From assembly GCF_001194135.2 (NCBI RefSeq), contig NC_068988.1:69721073-69779463 (forward strand): a stretch of 58,391 bases of DNA, in the 5' to 3' direction. A program made the translations under genes and the position numbers. The stretch comes from Octopus bimaculoides. Its lineage: Eukaryota. Shown here in pieces: positions 50,740 through 58,391 of this stretch; position 1 is the first letter of the stretch, and each line of letters starts with the position of its first letter. The notes under the pieces are model-generated. The model saw only the letters and a list, made by a program, of their open reading frames with translations. It was not told the DNA's origin and searched no databases.

Positions 50740-51900
50740 TTAGACAACTTGCCCTATGACAGCCAGTGTATCTTAGTAGTGCAGCACCATATATTTTGGA
50801 CTACCAATTAATGTGTTTGGGAGAACATATTTTCTGCCATTCCAATCACTATTCCCTGTAATGAATTACCATGTCGATTGGTCTGAATATACTGCAAATG
50901 AGTAAACTGGACTTTGGCAAATTGGTCACAATGAAACTGTTGGAATAAATAGTTTACATGATGCAGTTTATTATCCAAATCAGTTTCTTCATTACCCCAA
51001 AAAAGAATATAATTAAGGACCAGTTGGTTTTCTATTGCTTCTTTGGTTTTGTACATAGGGTTGCATTTATTCTAAGCCATTAGGGAGAAAAAAAAGAGCA
51101 CGAAAACAGTGGAGTCATAGGCCTGATGAGAATTGCTAAATATTTGAAGATTTTGCTGACTGTTCACTTCTCATAGCTTGTTTGCTAACATTCTTCCAGT
51201 TTGATGAGATTCCTCATTATTAGCATGTATGAATACAGCAACATCATTGCATGTAGACAAGTTATACCTTTTGGAGTGTTCATCATCTGACCTTTGTTAG
51301 CATACAACATTTTCAGGTATTGTGTCAGCATCAATTCGCTCTTGAACAGAGAGGAATGAGTGCAAACATGTTGAAATTGTAGCTGAATGAAGTATGTGGA
51401 AAATAACAGCATTGAGATTTTCTCCACTATCTGCTGCTAATCTCTGCATAGCCTGTCAAATTTACACTTCAGAATCATAAAACATCATTTGTAGAGAGAT
51501 GATGCACCAGTAACAGAGTTCCTTGGGGTTCCGAAAACAATTTTATGAATTCTGTAAGTGGAAATTCCTTAATCAACAATACCATTGTTTGCTTTTATAC
51601 TGCACAATGACCGTAGCACTTTTGAATCTCTGGATGTTTCTTTTGAACTATTTTGATCCTGATAAATCATTTGTAAACAACTAATGTATTTTATAGACTA
51701 CAGATATTTACTCTAGGATTGTTTCTCCAGCCCTGTCACTACAGGTGAGAAAACTCAAGCAGTGACAGGATGCACCTATAGTGTGCTAAAGGTTAAACCA
51801 AATTTATAGTAAATCTCAAAATTAGGCTAGACCAAGGTTCCTCTAGCATTCTCTCAAGAACATTAGGGTGTTACAATGACAGCCTCTCATGCCCATAAAA
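50740..51900 (-). mobile_element. Helitron RepHel N-terminal relic
   Basis: Ordered motifs MGMRGCHCNTLMFLRE, GISTYRIH, LQMMFYD, EHSKRYNLSTCNDVAVFI, SHQAYD, YLFQQFHCDQFAKV..LQYI..N, IGSPKYM..DTLA. Confidence 0.85.
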
Positions 51901-52829
51901 TCACAGTTATGATATGTTTTGTTGACAACTATTTCCAATATTCAATCCATGCCAAGCTGTCTTGCAACATTCATCATCCTTCTCTTTGATTTTGATAATT
52001 GATACTATTTTGAGCTGTTAGTTGCAGTTTTTGCTCTTCAGAAAATTATTGGCATGTTTGACTCAGCTTTCCTAAAGTTTTTAGATTACAGTTCCATTTT
52101 TAAAAGAAATTTACCATGATCCACCTCCCCATACTTTATGAATAAGAAAGTCATGGCTCTTTTCTGCCTGAGGTGACTTGACACATGTTTGCTAAAATCA
52201 ACCATATCTCTATTTCTGCTTTTCATAGTGGGAATATTAATTTCTTCTATAAAATAAGATGCACATGAAACTGTTTAATTTACAAAAATGCTTACAAGAC
52301 TTTCCTTCAGAGAAAACACCACCCTTGAGACAACTCTATTTTGTTTTGCAAAATGTCTTAAACTACATATGATTTATTCTTTTAAGGAAACTAAATTGTA
52401 TAGATTTTTTTTTACATTTGTGAAATAAGTGATGTGGAATAAAAGAAAATTACTCATATATATTTAACAAATATAAATATGCAGTTTGTTTCCATAAAAA
52501 AAAGTAATTAGTTTTGTTCACATGAGAATTCAAATTAAAAAGAATCAGCAATGGCTACTGAGTTTTAAAAAATCAAATTCAAAATCAACACTGTTAATAT
52601 AAATATATACAAAAAAAATTAGTTTAAAAATGATGAAAAAAATCATCTTTACAAAACAAAATAGAAAAAATCATCTCTCAGCCAAGTTTCTTGTGAAAAA
52701 AAATCAAATGTAGTGTTAATAGAAATATTTAAAAGAAAATTATTTTTCCCTCAAGTCAAAAATGCCAAAAATCATCACAGCTCTTGTAATTTCTTTTCTT
52801 TTTACAGCAATAATAGTTTCTAATGTAGG

Positions 52830-52990
52830 TATAAGGCTAACAAGCCTAAGCAGAAGGGCTTAGACAACACTATCAAACCCAGTGGGATGAAAGGTAAAAT
52901 TAATGTCAGCAGGATTTGAACTCAGAATGCAAAGTGCTTGAACAAATGTTACAATGACTTTTCCATGAATACTCCAACAATTCTGCAACT
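52830..52990 (-). mobile_element. Diverged SINE family A copy
   Basis: GGATGAAAGGTAAA..GGATTTGAACTCAGAA..AACAATTCTGC. Confidence 0.65.
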
Positions 52991-54259
52991 ATTATTTCTC
53001 AATTATTAGATAAATTTATTACAAACAGAAAAAAAGAGGCTTAGTGGAAAAGTTGTATTTGTTTATTTTTGTACAATGAATTGAATCTTGGTTTAATGTT
53101 TGTCAATATTAGTCTCAAGTCAATTTAATGTGTTTTTAATAATATTTTTTTGTTTTGTTTTAATTCCAGTCCACACTCGAAATGCTGATTTGCACAAATA
53201 TATTGTAACAAATGGTGGAAGGTTCTCAATCATTAATTCAGACAACATTGGAAATTCTGCACAAACGCCAAGTGAAAAAAAGCCTTCAAGGTTTTTGGAG
53301 AAAATTCAAGCCTGAGAGTTGAATCACTTGAGTGTCCTGCATAATTTTACTGAGTTTTTAATGGCAGTTGTTTTAGACACTTTGTTTCTATTGTGAACAA
53401 TTTAAGAAGCAGCAGTAACAAGAAAATTGCAGATAATCCTTGTTCTAATAATCGTTTTTAAACATAAATCAGAAACACTGGGACACACGCACACACACAC
53501 ACACACACACACAAATAACTAATCTTTCACAAAAAAATATTAACCTTTTTACTCAGCAAAGGATTAAATTCTACATCAGCCACAAAAAATCAAATATATC
53601 CCAGATGACAATGCAGAGTTCTACAGAAAACTTAGATTAGCTGAATCAAAAGCAAATTCTATCCTTAAAGAGGAAGAAATATAACTCTTAAAGAATTTTG
53701 TGAACATACTTCAAACTTGCCTATAGAAAACTAGAAAACAAAGCAAATAAAATCTAATTTTTGTAGACAACAATGAATTCACCGAACAGATTTTCTATTT
53801 GCCAAATATATAATTACTAAGGAAGCCAACAAAGAAGGCTCACTTGTTATTTAGGATATGAAATATCATGTGAATATTGTATTAAATATACTACAAGGCA
53901 ATACATACAACGAAGAAGCAAAATTTACAAACTTATAAAAATCCTTTAATTATTTGCTATATACATATAGAAATTACTTAACTGATAAAGAACTGGATTA
54001 CCTTACAAACTTCAAATACAGAACAAGCAATTTCTATGTATTATCTAATATACAAAAGAACAAACTAATAAATGAGACATGTTAATAAGCAAGGACCAAT
54101 CCACCACCATCGGATTTAAAATTGAAATCCATTGTAGCAGGCTTGTCTTGTGAAACTCATTACTTAAGTCACTTCCTAGACATTCTGCTAAAGCCTTTCC
54201 CCAGGCACATAAAAAGCTTTGTACAAGATGATCTCAACATATTCAGCCATCTTCTTTAT

Positions 54260-54612
54260 ACATCATCATTGTCATCATTATCATCGTTTAACGTCTGCTT
54301 TCCATGCTGGCATGGGTTAGACAGTTTGATATGGAGCTGGCTAGCTGGGAGCTGTCCAAACCCCAGCTGTCTGTTGAGAAATGGTTTCTATGGCTGGATG
54401 CCCTCCCTAATACCAACCACTTTACAGAGTGTGCTGGGTACTTTTTATATGCCACTGGCATGGGTGTGTTTATGCAGCACCGGCACAGGTGCATTAATGC
54501 AGCACCAGTACAGGTGATTTTTAAGTGGTACCAGAACCTGAAAGGACAAGCCTGTATGTGTGGAAGATAGTGATTTTACTAAGCTTGACATGTCTTGTCA
54601 AGTACAAGGAAT
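54260..54612 (-). mobile_element. 5'-truncated RTE 3' end inserted in the PLE RT
   Basis: (CAT)n tail, TTTCCATGCTGGCATGGGTT..GCTGGATGCCCTCCCTAA..; the PLE RT motifs resume after it. Confidence 0.85.
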
Positions 54613-55084
54613 GAAAAAACTTGTAATGTCAAATTTGTATGCTGTGACCCTATATAGTAACATTCCACATAATTATGGAACCATAACTATAAAATACTGG
54701 CTCAACTCATTTTCTTATGAAATATCAGATTGTAAAGACAAAAAATTTATTGTAGATAGCCACCAGTTCATTTTAGAAAACAACTTCATTGTGTTCAACA
54801 GCACAGCCTACTGGTAAATGTCAGGAGTAGCCATACAAAGTTTCCCGAACATATAATTATCGGATATCATGAATTGAAAATATATGAAAAATCCTTACAA
54901 ATATTTGAAGATGAATTCTACTACAATTTGAAAGCAAACTGGAAGAGATTTCGAGATGATTGTTTCATTTTATGGAGGGAAACTATTGACAAGCTGAACC
55001 AATTTCAAAATCTCTTCAACATAAACTCTCACATTCAGTTCACTACGGAGTTTCTTTTTTGGAATATCAACAATGGTTTCTAAC

Positions 55085-55332
55085 ACAGTCACTAGGCCTG
55101 AAATTTGAGGGAAGGGCTTAATTGTTTACATCANNNNNNNNNNNNNNNNNNNNNNNNNNNNNNNNNNNNNNNNNNNNNNNNNNNNNNNNATCCCCGACTG
55201 GTACATGCTTTATTGCACCTTAAAGGATGAAGAGCAAAATTCAATTTTGCAAAATTTGAACTCAGAATATAAAGGTGGAAGAAACGCTGCTTAGCATTGT
55301 GTCTAGCATGCTAACAATTTTGTCAGCTTACC
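55085..55332 (-). mobile_element. SINE family A (spans a small gap) nested in the PLE
   Basis: GGATGAAGAGCAAA..TTTGAACTCAGAA..GCTAACAATTTTGTCAGCTTACC. Confidence 0.75.
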
Positions 55333-55348
55333 ATCTTAATGATGAAAA

Positions 55349-55574
55349 GGAAGCTGGCAGAATCGTTTGCACACTGGGCGAAATGCTTAGCGGTATTTTG
55401 TCTGCCGCTACGTTCTGAGTTCAAATTCCGACGAGGTCAACTTTGCCTTTCATCCTTCCGGGGTCGATTAAATAAGTACCAGGTATGCACTGGGGTCGAT
55501 GTAATCGACTTAATCCCTTTGTCTATCCTTGTTTGTCCCCTCTATGTTTAGCCCCTTGTGGGCAATAAAGAAAT
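55349..55574 (+). mobile_element. Young SINE family A, tail variant 1, nested in the PLE
   Basis: CpG-retaining full-length copy ending GGGCAATAAAGAAAT. Confidence 0.92.
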
Positions 55575-56626
55575 AAATATGAGAAACAAATATATATTTT
55601 GAACTCAATGACTCATGACAACATATCCTTTTTACACAAGGTCACCCAAAACATACTCTAAATTACATTCCAATCAACTTTGCAAAACTCATCTGCAAAT
55701 CTCAGTTGCACTCAAAGAAGAAATGAAAACAAATATTTATCGCAAGAAAATGCTCTATAAACTGATAAACTTTGCATTCTTGAAAACAAAATAAAATTGA
55801 CATTCAAGAACTTTGAATTTCAAAAAGCAAAATGGAGAGCAGCATTATTCTGCATATTTCAACTTTCAACCCAAAGAACATCGAAATTTTCATCAACATC
55901 AGTGTAGATCTACCTATAGTTTTATATGACCAAAAACTGAAAACCATCTTGGAAAAACATTCAATTATAGAATGTAAGAGACAAGTAAAATCACTAAAAA
56001 AATATTGACCAATGCAAAACTATATACACTTATATAGTTTTGCAACAGACCAAATTGTGGATTATGCAGCTACTTATTAGAATGCTCCAAATTCAACTTC
56101 AAAGGGAGCCTTATTTCCAAAATTAAAAATAATTTTTCTTGTAATTCTGACAATTTGACATATATTATAATTGTCTTAAACACAACATTGGACTTGAAGA
56201 TGTATACCAATTATAAGAAATGAAAAAGAATGACGGCACATCACCAGCAAATCAGGGAACCATATACAGAGAAAATTCTACTGAGTCAACGAATAGATAG
56301 GTTTCACCAAACTATCCAGTCTTCCACTCTGTCAGTCTAACAACTCAACAAAAGAATAGCAATGAAGCAGTAAAGAAATGTATTTCATTAACAAATACAA
56401 ACTGAAACTTATTGTGTTATGTTTTAATTCTACTACAACAATGACTAAATTCCCACATTCCTGAAAATAGCAAAAAATGAGTCAATACATTTTGGATAAA
56501 GTATATTTTCACTTATGTAAACCAGAAATGCGTTATTTTGTGGTTTTATATAAAATTTGAATTAAACGTCATTTTCTCTCTTAAAAAAACCTCTTTATTC
56601 TGTATAAGTAAATTATTACTTATAAA

Positions 56627-57500
56627 TATTGAGGCGAGCCAAAAGTTTTGCAATGTTTGCTTATGTGCTAGTTTGCAGTGAGTATATCATGTGACCAAAG
56701 TGGTTCAAGACGTGGAAGATAACCACTGAGTCTGGTAGCATCATGGTAGATGGTGCACTGACACATTGTGCATTGCTTCATTCTGTATATGATTTGAAAG
56801 ATGAACATGTAACATAGTCTAATTTGGGAACTTAGACTTTATAAGTTCGTAGTGGCCTATAACACTGTGGAAGCAACCAAAAGGTGAAGGTGTAGACATT
56901 CACAATGCAGTAACCAGATGGTTTAAGAAATTTCACTTGGATTGCAAGAACATCAATGACCAGGAAAAGTAAGGCAGGCCCAAAACTATGGATTCCAAGC
57001 CTGTGCTCCAAGCCAGAGAAGCAGATTCAATGAACAGCACTCAGAGAATACCAAGCAAGCTAAGGATCACATGGATGTATACCATTGTGTGATAAAAATA
57101 CCAAGCATTGTTTAACAGAAAGCAAACTCTTCTGCAAGACTTCAAACCACTCAAACAACCTGGAATAAACTTCAGAAACTTGAGAAAATCAAATTGATGC
57201 TACACCCAGTATATGTCCCAGACCTAGCTCTCTCAGATTATTACTTGTTCCAATCTATGAATCACTTACTGTGCTTTGCAACGCTTCATCATCCAAGAGG
57301 AGGTCAAAACTTCAGTGAAGACTTTCTTCGCCTTGAAGAACAAGAACCAGTATCAGTGTGAGATCAAAAAATTGGTGGAACGGTGGCTTCAGACGGTGCA
57401 ACACAATGGTCTCTGTTTTGAATGCTAAGCTGTTTTGTTGTAACTTAATGAATAAAGCAAATAAGTTACCAAAATATTGCAAACGTTTTGACTCAACATA
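56627..57500 (+). mobile_element. Internally deleted mariner with both TIRs
   Basis: TIR cores GAGCCAAAAGTTTTGCAA vs reverse-complement GAGTCAAAACGTTTGCAA; RWFKKF..GRP, LHPVYVPDLALSDYYLFQSM, KLVERW..V.H.G..FE. Confidence 0.88.
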
Positions 57501-58366
57501 ATAATAAACAATATATGTCCCTATCAAAAGGACACAGGCAACATAACACACACAAAATAACAGTTACGTCCTTTGTCTTAAGCAACATTTTGAATCAAAT
57601 TTAATCTCATGTTTCTTATCTTATGTTTCTTCCATTACATGGGCTAAAATTTCCTGTCAAGAATATACTTTAAACTTTTGAAAAGCTGGTAACTGCGTAA
57701 ATCAGTTAGTAAAATGCAATTTCTTCTTTTCCTGTAAAGCTTTTTTGGTTAAACTATGCACTGATATTTATATAAAAAAAAATTTCTGATTCTATGAAAA
57801 CTTTTCATTAAAATGTGATTCTCAAAATTCACTTTGTAAAAAAAGACACTAATATTTTCACAGTAAAACTTCATGTGTAAACATTATTTTGTATCCTTAT
57901 TGTCATACACACACATACAGACATGAAGAAAACAAGTTTTGCTTTTGAACATAGGAGATAAATATTTCCAGTGTGTGTATGTGTGTGTACTTTTGTTCAT
58001 GATCATAAACAGATGATTAGTAGCATATTCATTGAATAATAAATGGATTCATAATATTAATAATTTCATATGTATGATCCAGCATGTTGATTGAAGCAAA
58101 ATGTAACCAGTTATAAAAACATCATGCACAATTAATAAATATTATACTGTTACTTTTATTCCTTTGACCATTTTATTTTATATCCTGCAATAGATGCACT
58201 ATTCTTATAATTGGTGTATTTCCTAGATTTTCATTATGCATAAACATTTTTTCAATTAAGTGGTTGATTCTTCCTCTCTGTACATCCTGTTTGCCAGAAT
58301 TCTGCATAGAATGCTGAAGTATTTGCTCAGATTTCCTGAATCCCTTTTGTCTGTTTTTTCCCCCAT

Positions 58367-58391
58367 ATATATATATATATATATATATATA
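58367..58391. repeat. (AT)n microsatellite
   Basis: Directly visible. Confidence 0.95.

Larger units (their letters stand above)
53512..56560 (+). mobile_element. Near full-length decayed Penelope-like element (RT plus GIY-YIG region, Neptune-like), with nested insertions
   Basis: NLS..KGL, EFYRKLRLAE, SIVAGLSCETHYLSHFLDILLKP, TLYSNIPH..G..IKYWL, FILENNF..FN, WKRFRDDCFILW..L..F..IQFT.E, GHPKHT..IPIN.A, C..PNCGLC, NFSCNSDNLTYII. Confidence 0.88.

Overview
AT-rich, microsatellite-laden eukaryotic DNA with several assembly gaps (largest 25754-26363, 33552-34403, 39118-39458). The SINE, RTE and Penelope families look like those of a coleoid cephalopod, probably Octopus (inference, not checked by search). 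I can support no intact protein-coding gene; most tracked ORFs are microsatellite or N-gap artefacts. The window is a transposon graveyard. DNA elements: hAT, pogo/POGK-like, three mariners, DD37D/maT, Mutator and Helitron relics. Retroelements: RTE, RTE-BovB, R4/Dong and two Penelope-like element (PLE) lineages, plus many tRNA-derived SINEs and 5'-truncated RTE tails. Main leads: (1) a near-intact type I hammerhead ribozyme at 50298-50380; (2) a tRNA-headed SINE-like element carrying a hammerhead motif, present as a head-to-head inverted dimer with a 10-bp flanking direct repeat (29348-29847); (3) a 2.5-kb fold-back around a PLE GIY-YIG fragment and several other hairpins; (4) a possible decayed intronless Toll-like receptor gene (about 26940-30760). 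All family assignments come from manual translation and motif recognition; no database search was run.
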